DNA of 64,000 nucleotides from Neoconidiobolus thromboides FSU 785 (taxonomy: Eukaryota > Fungi > Entomophthoromycota): the NCBI GenBank assembly GCA_025603075.1, contig MU626358.1, positions 1 through 64,000 of the forward strand, written 5' to 3'. The stretch's first letter is position 1; every line of letters begins with the position of its first letter. Of this stretch, positions 39,063-53,039 are shown one piece after another. The position numbers and the translations under genes were made by a program. The notes beneath the pieces were generated by a model. It ran no database searches and had not been told where the DNA came from. It was given only the letters and a program-made list of their open reading frames with translations.

Positions 39063-39262
39063 GGGGTAAATCATCATATGCACCAATACTTATACCTTTA
39101 ACAAATACACTTTGTACAGCGTTTTGTTTAGTTAAACCTAATTAATAGGAATCAATTTCATTACTACCATTTATCAATTAGAAATTTTAAAAAAGCTAAA
39201 CAGATCAAAAGATATTTTGACTTACTACAAGTACCTAACTCAATCGCTCTAATAAAGACATT
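39063..39262 (-). pseudogene. Decayed tandem duplicate of the glutaredoxin 3' half, retaining the intron
   Basis: Reverse complement reads AIELGTC|gtaagt...SNEIDSY*LGLTKQNAVQSVFVKGISIGAYDD, versus VIELDTR|gtaagt...[32 protein letters not shown] in the intact gene; premature TAA. Confidence 0.75.
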
Positions 39263-40498
39263 AAACGTAGTATCAAATTATATGATTCTATCACTTTCCG
39301 TTTTTGTTTAAATTTATATGATTGAGTGAAAAATAAAAGAAAAATAAAGATCAACTGTTACTTTTTTTAGCTTATTTATTTCATGTATAGCTTAATATTT
39401 GTAAGTAGATTAATCTGTTCCTTCGTCAAAAAAGATAATGTTCAATTTTTTTCACTATTGTTGCTCATTTAGTTTTTTTTATAATAGTTCATAATGCTTT
39501 TATAAAAAAATGAGCAATACTTAACTAATAAAAGACTTCAGTACAATATTAGAAAAATATTGCGTTTTGGGCTAAAATAAAATATAAATATATTTACAAT
39601 TGTAAAATAGAAGATTAATTAAAATTTTAAATACATAATATAAACCAACAATTATAAAAATCTTTGTTATATATAATGTATATCTAGGCTTAAATGTTTA
39701 TCTTCTTTATAAAGCTTGATTTAATTTCAAGTTATTAAAAATGAGTTTTATTTTAAATTTTAAAATTTTTATATTTATTTTATTTAGTATACCCTTTTTC
39801 TACATAAAAGGATGTTTAAATAAAAAATTTTATAATATTGCCAATAATATATAATAATTCTAATAAACACTAATTAATTATATATATATAAAGTTCTAAT
39901 TTATACTTATTATAATTAAATTTCATTATAGTTTTAATAACTATTACAATATTATTAATACTAATGATATTGAATTAAATCTTTTTATTAAAGTTATCAC
40001 TTTCACTTTAGCTTGTTATTTTTAATAATAAATTATCTCATAACTAATAAAGTTATAATAAAGATTTATTATTATGAGGATTAAAAATAAACAATTCAAT
40101 TATTATTTAAAGTTATATATTATGTACTAAAGTAATCAAATTAACTTATTTTGTTATAAAATATTGACTATTTAATAACTTTTAATTATAAATAGTATAA
40201 TGATTAAATTATAAGTCATTAGATTTCTGAGTTTCAATTATAAAAGAATAAATTAAATAAATATAGATTTTTGATTGAATTTTTGATAGTATTTATATTT
40301 CCTATAATTAAATAGTTTGTTTAATGTTTACAAAAAGAGTTATTAGTAAAAGAAATTAATTTAGTATAACATATATCTATTTTTTACTAGCTTTTTCAAA
40401 AACAATACTAAGTATTTTGATAATACAGCTGGTGTAAACCTATTATAGCTTAATTAGCTGTTTATTTAAAAATAAAGCTTTGTTGAAATATAGATAAA

Positions 40499-40605
40499 AT
40501 ATGGGAATATATTTTTTGACTTCATTATTTTTTCCATTTTTTAAGCACTATTTAAGCGGAAAAATTGTTAGGAAAATTCTTAAACATAAAAATATATCCC
40601 CATAT
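40499..40605 (-). mobile_element. MITE-like element, copy 12
   Basis: Consensus match. Confidence 0.8.
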
Positions 40606-40606
40606 A

Positions 40607-41165
40607 ATGTATTTTTTTGTTTAAGTTGTGGAATCTGGTATTCAGTGATTGGAGTCAAAAACAGCTATTACTTGGTTGACTACACTATAAGTCGAAAGGT
40701 CTTAGTTTATGTGACTAAGATAGACTTGAATTATGAAAAATAGTACATAATAGGCTACGAATTATATAAGATAAACAGAATAGACAATACTAATGTAAAA
40801 TCTACGTAGAATACTATTAAATAAACCTAGTGGCTTTATTAAATGTTTGAGATATCAAGGAATAATTCAGTTAAAAAGCCTCGAACTACTATACTATAAA
40901 ATCTCTTTTACACTCTGAAAAGTATAGATATCAATACGAGAGGATAATATTCTTTTGGATGGAGCTAGAAATTCTCATAACAAATCAAAATAAGAGCATG
41001 GGATCGATTGTCTTTAAACTCGAGAACATAGCAGCTTAGGCGATTATGCTATAATTAATCATGGGGCTGACAAAGCGACATTTCACAAAGTTTTACTAAT
41101 AGCTTCTCTGTTCAAATAACATTTAAAAAATAGAAAAAGTAACAAAATTTTAAAAAGATGCATTT
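40607..41165 (+). mobile_element. MITE-like element, copy 13, split by solo LTR 1 (pieces 40607-40626 and 41088-41165)
   Basis: ATGTATTTTTTTGTTTAAGT|LTR|AAGTTTTACTAAT...TTCAAATAAC...AGAAAAAGTAA rejoins into the consensus. Confidence 0.7.
40627..41087 (+). mobile_element. Solo LTR copy 1 (~460 bp), inserted into a MITE
   Basis: Termini TGTGGAAT...ATTTCACA; 4-bp TSD AAGT; homologous to copies 2 and 3. Confidence 0.8.
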
Positions 41166-41679
41166 ATATAATAACTAAGCTTAAAGAAATTATTTTAAAT
41201 ACTGTCAAAAAAAATTTAACTCAAATTTTATTATTTAAATTAGCAGAATTTCTATTAAGCTTAATAGAAATTCCCGAATTGGCAAGGCCTTTACTAATGT
41301 AACTTATATATTAATACTAAACAAAGTTGTAGTATGTAAATAAATGTATATTCCTATAAAATCACATTGAAAAATATTTATTGTTAACTGCTTTATAGCT
41401 GATACTACAGGTTTACTATCAAATAAATAATTTTAATATTATAATTATACTATTAGTATATTACTAAGTTAATAAATAGTTACATAAGAGGGAATGGTTG
41501 GCTTTAAAACTATAATCAACTATCCTTATATGATATAAGCAATATAATGTTAATATTCATTTTTATTTATTATAATAATTACTTGCTTTTTAACTGTTTA
41601 TTAATTGTTTATTGACTTAGTTATTAATAACTTAAATGACATTAATATTTAATAAACTATTCAGTTAATCAGTGGATGC

Positions 41680-42143
41680 TGTGAAATATCGCTTTGTCAG
41701 TCCCATGGTTAATTATAGCATAACAATCGCCTAAGCTGTTATGTTCTCGAGTTCAGAAGAAATCAATCCCATGTTCTTATTTTGATTTGTTATGAGAATT
41801 TCTAGCTCCATCCAAAAGAATATTATCCTCTCATTTTGATATCTATACTTTTCAGAGTATGAAAGAGTTTACAGAGTATAGTAGTTCGAGGCTTTTTAAC
41901 TGAATTATTACCTGATATCTCAAACATTTAATAAAGCCACTAAGTTTTCTTAATAGTATTTTACATAGGTTTTACATTAGTATTGTCTATTCTATTTGTC
42001 TTATATAGCTTGTAACCTATTACGTGCTATTCCTCATAATTCAAGTCTATCTTAGTCACATAAACTAAGACCTTTCGACTTATAGTGTAGTCAACCCAGC
42101 AATATTTGTTCTTGACTCCAAACCCTGAGTACCAGATTTCACA
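41680..42143 (-). mobile_element. Solo LTR copy 2
   Basis: Termini TGTGAAAT...ATTTCACA; 5-bp TSD GATGC on both sides. Confidence 0.85.
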
Positions 42144-42696
42144 GATGCTAAAACTTTTAAATTTTCTGTTATTTTTATAATGTAAGTTGTGAGGTTAATT
42201 TTAGTTTTTCTATTTTTTATAGATTTTATAATTTTAATTAAAATTATATCACTTTTTTTAAAAAACCATCAGATATTGGATAACAGTGTAGTTTATTGTT
42301 GTTTGATAAAATGTAAATACTTTTTAATATCTTATATTTTTTTTGTATTTTTAGAAAATTATATCTATTTTCCTATTATACTCACAAATAAAAATCTCAA
42401 ATTTTAAAATTAATTAATTGATTTTCTGTTCTACTTAAGATTTTAAAACAATTTTTCTATTATAAAAGGTTTTTCAAATGTCTATCAACTATATTTTTTA
42501 TAATATTTATAATATTCATAAAAAAAATTGAGATTAATATTTAAATTATTAGTTATTTTACAAATTTGTTTAAATATATAATATAATATAAAAGCTTGTA
42601 AAATTTAAAACAATTTTTTGTATTTATTTATATATTAACTTTTATGAACTTAAATAAAAGTTTTTCAAATATTAGATCAATCAAATATTTTTTTGG

Positions 42697-42801
42697 ATAT
42701 AGGGATGTTCTTGATTTCATTACTTTTTTCATTTCTTTAAACACTATTTGAGCAGAAAGATTGCCAATACAATTCTTAAACAAAAAAATACATCCTTATA
42801 T
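42697..42801 (-). mobile_element. MITE-like element, copy 14
   Basis: Consensus match. Confidence 0.75.
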
Positions 42802-42921
42802 GCTTAATCTAAAAATCTAAAATTTTGATTATTATTTATTATTATTTTTTAAAACTACTATTATTTTAATTAGTTTGTAAAACTTTTATTGACCCTATTA
42901 TATTAAAAGCTCAAATAATCC

Positions 42922-43012
42922 TATTTTTTAAGAATCTTACTAATAATCATTCTACTCAAATACCATTTGAAAAATGGAAAAAGTAATAAAATCAAAAAAA
43001 ACACTCTCAGAT
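42922..43012 (+). mobile_element. MITE-like element, copy 15 (left end eroded)
   Basis: Partial consensus match. Confidence 0.65.
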
Positions 43013-43041
43013 TTTAAATCTAAGTCATAGTAATTTTATAT

Positions 43042-43146
43042 ATATGGGGATGTTTTTTGGTTTCATTACTTTTTCCATTTTTTAAGCGCTACTTGAATGG
43101 AAAAATTGTTAGTAGAGTTCTTGAATATAAAAATACATCCCCATAT
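43042..43146 (-). mobile_element. MITE-like element, copy 16
   Basis: Perfect ATATGGGGATGT TIRs. Confidence 0.85.
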
Positions 43147-43441
43147 ATGTATTTTCTTAAAATAATATTATTTGAGCTTTTAATACACATTTGAAAAATT
43201 GACCCAAATGGCCTTCATTTTTTGTCTAAATACCGCCGCCTATGTTGATGGGCTAATATTATAAAACATCTATGATACTAGCTGCAGAAAGCTTTGTTAG
43301 TAATTAGAGACTCAAATTTTATTATCTTAAAAGCTCGAATTTGTACGATTACTTTTAATGTACTTTTCTTGCTTTTACCATCGGCTCAGATAGGTGGTCG
43401 ATTTTCTGGAATAACACCTGTTAAAAAACAAAATTGTATAA

Positions 43442-43525
43442 AGATATTTCTTTTTGTTTAGGAAATTCATTGACGTTTTTTCTATTTAATAGTGCCTAAA
43501 AATGGAAAAATGATGAAACTCAAAA
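43442..43525 (+). mobile_element. MITE-like element, copy 17 (degenerate)
   Basis: Partial match TTTTTGTTTAGG...AATAGTGCCTAAAAATGGAAAAATGATGAA. Confidence 0.5.
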
Positions 43526-43991
43526 TTAACTTAAGTAATTTTTGAGTATTTAATCTCAAAGTTTTAAATTTTAAAAGTATCAAATTTCAACAAAGATAAA
43601 TCTTGTTTTCGAATTACTAGCTTATTTATAAATAACATATATATTATAAAGTAACACAATATTTTATACTTAATATCTTTTACTTAAAATAAATATAACT
43701 CGGTTATTAATTCATTATTTTATAACATTTGAACCTTTAAAAATAATCAATAATCAATAATCAATATTAAACAAGAAACTTTAAATGCTTAATTCGTTTC
43801 ATTAATTTAAAAGCCGCCAATCAAATTTATTACCAATTTAATTAGCAATGTCTTTATAAAATGCATTTGAAATTAAGAGGTTCAATTAAAAGGAGTTGAT
43901 TTAAGAGATATATAAACATTAAAAAAGAAATAGAAATTACATTTTAATTTTAATAATTTATATTTTTAATTGTTTTTGATTTTAAATAAAA

Positions 43992-45643
43992 ATGTTTGAA
44001 AATCAAGAATCATTACCACGTCTACCCATCCCAGAATTACAAAATACCATCAACACTTATTTAAAGAGTGTACGTCAATATCTCACACCAGCATCTCAAA
44101 GAGAAGTCGAAAAACTAGCTATTGATTTTATTAAACCAGGTGGCTTAGGAGAAGAATTACAACAACGATTAATTAAATATGATAAAACTCAACGTAATTC
44201 TTGGTTAGAAAAATGGTGGTTGGAATACGCTTATCATCGATATAGGGAACCAACATTGATTAATGTCAATTGGTATTGTTTAGGTAAAGATGAAGAAAAT
44301 GGAAATCGACCTTATCAACCTGATGAATTAACTCCATTTTCTAAATATCAACTAGAAAGAGCTAGTAGATTAATTAATGGTATGTTAGATTATAAACAAA
44401 AGATTGATAAGTAAGTTTTTATTTAAGAAAAGAAACAATACAAATATTAATTATAATAATAAATAGCGAAGAATTTCCAGCAGAATATGTAGGTAAAAAA
44501 CCTATTTGTATGAACCAATATAAAGATATGTTTGGTGTTCATCGATTACCACAAAAAGAATGTGATCGATTAATGAAAACCTTTTTAAAACAAAGCCAAC
44601 ATATTGTGGTTTTAGCCAAAAATCATATTTATAAAGTATCTGTTTATGAAAAAGAGACTGGAAATAGATTATCTAATAAGGATATTCAAAGGTAAGTTAT
44701 ATATTTCATTAAGTTATAAGATTTTTTAATATTAATTAAATGGATTTTTAGTCAATTACTTAAGGTTGTTAAAGATGCTATTGATGCTCCAAAAAGTGAT
44801 AAAATTTGTTTATTAACTTGTGCCCATAGAGATTTATGGACTGAAGTAAGCTTTTATTTATTATTATAATATATTTAAATTTATTAATAATTGATTACTT
44901 TATTAATTATAGTGTTATGAAGAACTAATTAAAGAAGATGAACAAAATTTAAAAGAATTATTAGTAATTCATGAAAGTTTATTTGTAGTTAGTTTAGATG
45001 ACCATACAACAGAAAATAATTTAAATAATAAACATAAGAATATATATCATGGATTTAATGGCAATAATCGATGGTTAGATTCAGCATTATCATTAATCAT
45101 TGATTCCACAGGTACATGTGGATTAAATGGAGAACATTCGCCATTAGATGCTTTAATACCAGCTTCTGTTTTGGATTTTGCTATTAAATCAAATAATAAT
45201 TATAAAGATTGTAATAATATTGAGAATATTAAGAGATTAAATTTTAATATTAATCAAAATATTAAAACTAAAATCGAATTGGCTCAAAGAGATATAACTA
45301 AATTAATTGCAGATTCTAATAGTATTGTTTTTCCTTTTATGGATTATGGTGTTGATTATATTAAAAAGAATGGTAAATTATTAAATGATAATAGTAATAA
45401 TAAATGTTAATATTAATCTTAATTATTATTTTTTAATAGCAAAAACAAGCCCAGATGGATATATTCAAATGGCTTTACAATTAGCCCATTATCATTTACA
45501 TGGATATTGTGTATCTACTTATGAAACTGGAAGTACAAGAAAATTTTTACATGGAAGAACAGATGCCATTCGAGTTTATTCAGAACAATCTTTAGAATTT
45601 TGTAAAAGTATGAAAGAAGATAAATTTAATGTAAGTTTAATAT

Positions 45644-45694
<51 letters not shown>

Positions 45695-46278
45695 TTTGTT
45701 TTATAGAGTACTGAAAGATATCATAAATTACAAACAGCAGTTAAACAGCATCTTTCTTATGCAGCTAAAGTTAGTGAAGGAAATGGGATTGACCGTCATT
45801 TATTAGGTTTGAGATTAGTTAAAAAGGAAAATGAAACCCATTCTTTTTTTACTCATCCTGTGTTTGCAGAATCTCAATCTTGGAAATTATCCACATCTAC
45901 TATGCTAAAAACAGATCTTATTGAAGGTAAATTATTATTATTCTATATTTATATTATTTATATTATTTATATTATTTATATTATTTATATTATTTATATT
46001 ATTTATATTATTTATATTATTTATATTATTTATATTATTTATTTATATTATCATTATTAGGTACTGGTTTTGGTAGTGTTGATCCCAATGGTTATGGTAT
46101 TAATTATATACCAGCTGCTAATGGAAATAAAATTACATTTGGTATTGAATCAAAACACTCGTCCAATATAACAGATTCTATTAAATTCAAAGAATCTATT
46201 GATTGGGCTTTAAAACAAATGAAAACTATGGTGGATGAGGCTAATATCTCTTTACCTAAACAAAAACCTAGGTTTTAA
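43992..46278 (+). CDS. Choline/carnitine O-acyltransferase, multi-exon
   Basis: Motifs SLPRLPIPEL, NSWLEKWW, GLNGEHSPLD, SPDGYIQMALQLA and TYETGSTRKFLHGRTD. Confidence 0.93.
45641..45696. repeat. (TATT)n microsatellite inside an intron
   Basis: About 14 perfect copies within intron 45631-45706. Confidence 0.9.
45950..46035. repeat. (TATATTATT)n minisatellite inside an intron
   Basis: About 9 copies; expands intron 45927-46060 to 134 nt. Confidence 0.9.
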
Positions 46279-46807
46279 ATTAAATATTGTAATCAATTTT
46301 ATTTCTATCTTTTATTTCTATATTTGGATTTTAGATTTCAGATTTTAGATCGTTTATATTTGTTAAATTTTATAATTCATAAAATAAAAATAAGATAATA
46401 TTACATTTGTGAGAAATGTAAAACTAAAAATGAATTAATATTATTTAAAAAATAGAAAACAAAACAAAGCCTACGTAATTTATAATTCATAATTCATAAT
46501 GCTACTAAATAAAACAAAAGTTAAAAATATTTATTAAATTTATAACATCTATTATACACTTGTTAAATTCCTTAGTAGTAAAAACGAGTAAGAAATAATA
46601 AATAAATAAATCAAATCCTCTCTCATTAAATACTATTAAATTAAATTTATTTAATAAAAGATTTGATAGAGTCTTATACTTTCAATATTAAAATAGAATA
46701 GAATAAAATATAAATAACTTAAAATTATTAAAATTCCAATATTGTTCAATTCAATCGTTCTTTTTTATAATGGCCACACTTTTAACAATTTTTCTATTGA
46801 AAATATT

Positions 46808-47245
46808 TTATTCATCTCCATGTAACTAAAAAACAGTCATTTTAATTAATAAAAGAATTAGCCCATAATGACTTACCACTTCAGCCATTTTAAACCATTT
46901 GTCTACATTAATATAGGGGCTATCTGATTTAGGTAAAACATCATGTTCCCAAACCAAATAATCTTTAAATTCTTTTTCAATTTTAAAATGTTCTTGATCA
47001 TTTTCTTTTTTTAAAAGTATCAGTCCTGTATAAAAAAAATTCATATTGATTCACTGTTTACATTTATATTGTTTTATTTCTTTGTTATTACCTTTTAATC
47101 CATTTTCATTTAAATTGACTTTCCTAGACTTTAACAATCTCCCTCGAAAATTGGTTTCTTCATTTATAATAAAATAATCTTTAATATTAGCTTCACCATT
47201 ATAATCAATTTTACAAGGTAATAAATGAATATTAGTATCTATCAT
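46808..47245 (-). CDS. RNH203: Ribonuclease H2 subunit C, 3 exons
   Basis: Motifs IHLLPCKIDYNGEANIKDYF, FRGRLL, YLVWEHD and KWFKMAEVLH. Confidence 0.85.
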
Positions 47246-47644
47246 TATTTATCTTGTTCTACTTTCCTAATAAAGTCAATTAATAAATTAATAAAACCTT
47301 TAAAAAAAGAATTTTCAACCTTTAATAATTTACAGTCATCTAATTTATGAATGTGAATTATTGAGCTTTAAAAGTTGAAACTCAAGTTAGAATTCCACCA
47401 ATTAAATGCACCAATAGAAGTTATAACAAATCATTAAAATCCATTTTCTCAACTTAGCGGAATTTTTAATATTCAAAGTCCTTTTTTTAATGCAATATTA
47501 CTATTAAATCGAGCTAATTTTCTAAATTCTCCAAAAATTGATATTACAATAACCACAGAACTTATCAATTTCTATATATAAAAGAATGTAATTTTATTTT
47601 TGATATTTATTATTTCATTCAAAATTTAATAATTAACCTTAAAA

Positions 47645-50600
47645 ATGCTTAGGAACAGCTTAACCCCATCTATTAACATACCACCATGTATGACCAGTGG
47701 AACAGAATTCACTAAAGTTAATGCGAATAAATCGGGTAGCAAAACACGAGTATTAAAATATGATTCTAATCTTAAAAGAATCACATTCAAAAGTAAAAAT
47801 TTAGGAGTAATTCAATTAGAATGGATCATTAGTATTAAGAAAAGTTTCTATATCCCTTCATTCCCCAATACTGGTTATCAAGTGGATGAAAGTTTAAGAT
47901 TAGCTATTTATTATTCACTAAAACAAAAAGATAAAATATTATATTTAATTGCTCCAGATAGAATTACTTGTGATCAATGGTATGATACATTGTTGGAATT
48001 AAGTAATTTAGGTAGAAAAGAGGATGTAGGAAGGGAAGAAAATTTTAATGAAATGGACGTTAAATTAGAACTTTGGTTAAAGCAAATTTGGGCAGTAGTG
48101 GATAAAGATAAAGACGGGAAAATTGATATTAAAGAAATGAAATATTTTCTAGAATTGATTAATATTGAATGTACAGAATCAGAATTAAAAGTATTATTTA
48201 AAGTAAGTTTGTTATTTATTTATTATAATAATTTAAAATAAGATAAAAAATATAAGAAAAGATAATTAATGAATATTATTATTATTATTATTATTATTAT
48301 AGAGAATGGATTTAGAAAAGAAAGGGTATTTAGATTTTGATGGTACTAGAAGATTATACCATACCTTACAAACAAGACCTGAAATTCAAAAATTACATTT
48401 AAGTTTAAGTTTAGAAAATAAGGGCTGTGGTATGTCATTAGAAGAATTTAGTATGTTTTTAATAGAAATACAAAAAGTAAGAAAGTAATTTAAACTAATA
48501 ATATTAATGTTAATAATAATATTAGGAAGAATATACAAAAGAAGAAATTGATAATTTATATATAAAATATAGTACCAATAATGTTTATGGTTTATCTAAA
48601 GAAGCATTAATTCAATATTTAATATCTAACGATAATAATGTATTAAAAGATCTAAATCAAGAGCCCTTAAATGATATGAATCATCCATTATCACATTATT
48701 GGATTAAATCATCACATAATACGTAATATTTAATTTATTAAATTAATTATAAAATAAAATTAATTTTTAGCTATTTAACGGGTAATCAATTAAATTCAGT
48801 ATCTTCGATTACTATGTATAAAGAAGTTTTATTACAAGGTTGTAGATGTGTGGAATGTAAGTTAAAATTATTTACATTAAGTAAAATGCAATTAATTAAT
48901 AATAATAATAATATAGTGGATTGTTGGGATGGTGTCAATAATGAACCAGTTATTTATCATGGATATACATTGTAAGTAATTTAATTAATTAATAATAATA
49001 ATGTTAATAATATTAACGTTATTGATTCTTTATAAATTAGAACTAGTAAAATATTATTTAAAGATGTGATTCAAACAATCAAAGATAATGCATTTATAAT
49101 ATCCCCCTATCCAGTTATATTATCATTAGAAGTTCACTGTAATTTAATACAACAAGATGTAATGGCGAAACATTTAAAAGATATATTAGGAGATATATTA
49201 ATTACAACAAGATTTGAAGAGTTAACAAATGATAATATTAATGAATTAAGATTACCAAGTCCTAATCAATTACTAAATAAAATTATATTAAAAGTAAGTT
49301 TTATTTTAAATGAATAAATTTTGATAGGATATTAACAAATCTGTTTTTTTAGGGAAAAACATTGAGTGGAAGTAGTAAGATTATTAGTGATATTAAAAAA
49401 TCCGAGTCAGAAGTAGTACCTTTAAATAATGAACCTATTATTAAAGATTATATTAATGAAGAAGCACAAAGTATGGAAGGTAACTTTAATATTATTAATA
49501 AATAAAATAGAAAGAAATCAACAGTACTAATATTTATTAATAGAAGCTTCAGAAGGCAGTAAAAAAATAACTGTTAAAGTTAGTAAATTATTAAGTGAAA
49601 TCACACCTTATTGTCAAACTGGTAAATTTATTAATTATGATCATGCAGCAGGTAAATTATTATTTATAAGTAAAATATAATCAATATAAATTAATAATTT
49701 ATATTAATTTTAGTAAATATGAAATATTATCAAATGTCTTCTTTTTCAGAACCTTCGCTTCATTCAGCATTTGATAATTCTACTAATTTAAGAAAAACAA
49801 TTGAAGAGTATATTCAACATAATGAACGTTGTTTATCTAGAGTTTATCCAGGTGGTATGAGAATTCATTCTAATAATTATAATCCATTACCTTTTTGGTT
49901 AGCTGGTTTTCAAATGGTAGCTTTAAATTATCAAACTTATGGTAATAATAATAACAATAATTTATTTATTATTTTATTTATTGTTTTAGATTTAGGTATG
50001 CTATTAAATCGAAGTTTTTTCCGACGTAATCGACAATTAGGTTATGTTTTAAAACCAAGCTATATGTGTCAACCTAAAGTCAAAATACCTGAACCATTAC
50101 CTAAAAAATATTATTTGCATGTACGAATTATTTCAGCACAAAATTTACCTAAACCCAATGATGACAATCGAGGAGAAATAATTGACCCATTTATTGAAGT
50201 GGAAATGATATGTATGGAACATGGTGTTAAATTTAATAAAGGTACTCAAACTACTTCAGAAACCATTCAAGGAGTTTGTAATATGAGAGAGGAACTAGTG
50301 TCCTCTAATCAATGTTTAGATGGATTTAGTATGGTTGTTGTAAGGAAAAGTCAGAAAACTACTGTAGTTAATAATAATGGATTTAATCCTCAATGGAATA
50401 CTCATACTGTATTTATGTTTTCTGATCTAGAATGGAGTTTTTTAAGGTAATATTTAAAATAGATTAATTATGTAAAATAAGATTATTAAAATATTATTAT
50501 TTTATTTATTTTATTAATTAGATTTACAATTCATGAATTTAATAAACGAACTACAAATGATAAAATTGGACAATATTGTATAAGTGTTAAAGATTTAAAA

Positions 50601-51123
50601 TTAGGTAATTTTATTTATTATATAATAATAATTGGCCAATCAATTAATGATTCTTATTTTTTAATCTTTATTTTTTAATTCTATAGGTTACCGACATCTT
50701 CCAGTACAAGATTTTAATGGAAAAGATTTTCCAATGGCCTCACTTTTTATTTATACAGCACTTGAAGAACATGAAGATCCCAATATTTTATTGAGAGGTA
50801 AAAGTGGCAATGTACCTATTGAACATATGCAAAATTTACCTAATATACCATTGGAAACAGTATTATTGAAAAATAAAAGTGAGAATATTGATATGGAAAT
50901 GATACCAAAACAATCAAATATGCCTACGGAAGCAGTAAGAGCCAATGATAATGGGGGTATACAAACAATATTTAATCAACCGAATGCACCCTTGGAAGCG
51001 GATAATATTAATTTGGAACTTAATCGATTGACATTAAGAGATTTCCCAATTGATAAAGGAACAGAGTTTATTAGTGAAAATTCAAAGAATGCAGAAAATA
51101 GTCAAGTTAAAATTGAAATTTAA
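47645..51123 (+). CDS. PLC1: Phosphoinositide-specific phospholipase C (PH, EF-hand, X, Y and C2 domains), multi-exon
   Basis: Motifs [58 protein letters not shown] and NNGFNPQWN. Confidence 0.95.
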
Positions 51124-51420
51124 AGGTTAAAAATTTTGAGTCAAGTTTTATTTAACAATGAATTTATTTTAAATTACTGAGATAGGAGCATGTTAACTAT
51201 TATTATTTTTAAAGTTTAAACATGAATTTTGTATGAGTTTAAAATTAAATTTTAATTTTCTAAAAAAATTTGATGAATTACTATTTTTTTAGATTATTTT
51301 AAAGAATAAAAAATATTCAAAATGTATATTTAAAAACCATAAGCTAATTTTTGAATTTTTATTTTAAATAAATTATTACTTTTATTATTTTTATAGATTT
51401 CTATCGATTACTTCTTTAAC

Positions 51421-52654
51421 TTATTTAGATTCATTCTCTCGTTTTTCGTTATTCAACTCTAATTTTGATTGTTCATTAATTGAATTTTCTTTTTCTTTTT
51501 TTTTATGTTTACGTACTCTTTTACGTTTAATTTTAGTTTGATTAAAGTTATCAATTTCTTTATCTTTTTCAGTATGATTTATCTCATATAAATCTTTAGC
51601 CTCGCTACTCCCTTTATTAAATAAGGTCTTCTCTTCTTTGTTAACGTTCAAATCATCCTCTTTCTTGATGTTATTGTTTTTATTCTCATCCTTATCCTTA
51701 TCTTTACCCTTACTTTGGGTTTGCTTATTGTTATCTTCTAGCTTTCTTCTTTTGATTGATAATGGATTAGGTCCCTTTGCTTTTTTCTTTTTATTAATAA
51801 CAATTGGCTTCTCTTCTTCTTCTTGTTCTCCCTTCAATTTATCTAATATTTGAATTTCTTTTTCTGAAGGTAAATATTTTTGATTTTGAATCTATAAATT
51901 TCATAATAAATTAAAACTTTTGTTAATAAAATTTAACTAATAAGATTCAAATTACCTCCAATACTTTCTTTTGGGTAGCTAAACTTAATGGGCTTATCAA
52001 CAAAGTTTCATTAACAAAATAAACGTGAGGTACAGCTGGAATAGTCAAAATTTTTTTATTTAATATTTTATCATGACTAGCTAAAAACAATCGATGTTGA
52101 TTACAATCTCCTAAAAAATAAAAAGAATTAAGTTACCATTTTTTATAATTACATTCATTATTTTTACTATGTTTATTTTAATATTAAATTAATAATCTTA
52201 CCTAGAATAGAAGTTATGCATTCTATGGATGATATTGCTTTTTTATGCATACAATTACGTCGAGTGAATCTTTTAGCTGCTACGACAGCACCTAAATATT
52301 CATCTCCTTTATCTCGAAGTTCTTGGATAGTACAAGGGGATATCACTATAAATTAAAATCAATTATCAGTATTTTAGATTTGATTTAATTTCATTAAGAC
52401 TTACTCAATTTAACTGGGCCATCTAGAACTTTACATAATACTTCTTTTAAGTTGAGTCTTAACTTTAATGTATGTTGTAAAAGTTCACCTTCAACTAGAG
52501 AAATGATTAGATTAGTTGAGTGACAATGGAAGAAGATTAAGATCAAATGAAATTAATATAACTTACCTAATATTTGATAGGGTTCTCGGAAATTAAAGAA
52601 AGTTTGGTAAGTTTTAGCTACCTTTTGATTATTCTTTAAGCGTTTAAGTTTCAT
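51421..52654 (-). CDS. UTP23: rRNA-processing PIN-domain protein Utp23, multi-exon
   Basis: Motifs FNFREPYQIL, SPCTIQEL, AAKRFTRRNC, IPAVP and KAKGPNPLSIK; ATG at 52654. Confidence 0.9.
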
Positions 52655-53039
52655 TTTATAAGTTAGTTCTTGTTGAATAGAAAAGTGAACTTGGACTTGA
52701 AGTTAAAAAGACTAAAGAATGAAATATTTTGAATTGAAAATTTAATTTCGGTTTTGCTCAAAGTGAATTTTTGATTTTTGATTAGGTTGATTCTATCTGT
52801 TCACTTTAATTTAAAATGTTTTATAAATAGAAAGTTATAGAAATTATTAACTAAAATAAAAGATAACACTAATTATTATTAAAAAAAATTATCGAGTATT
52901 TTCAAATATTAAATTAGTATATACTTTTTTTTCAGTTGAATTAGTTTCTAATCTTCATACTTAAAAATTCAATAAATTATTAGTCAAATCAAGAGATGTC
53001 CTCTTCTTCCCTTTTATAAGAAATTCTTAATATTTGTAG

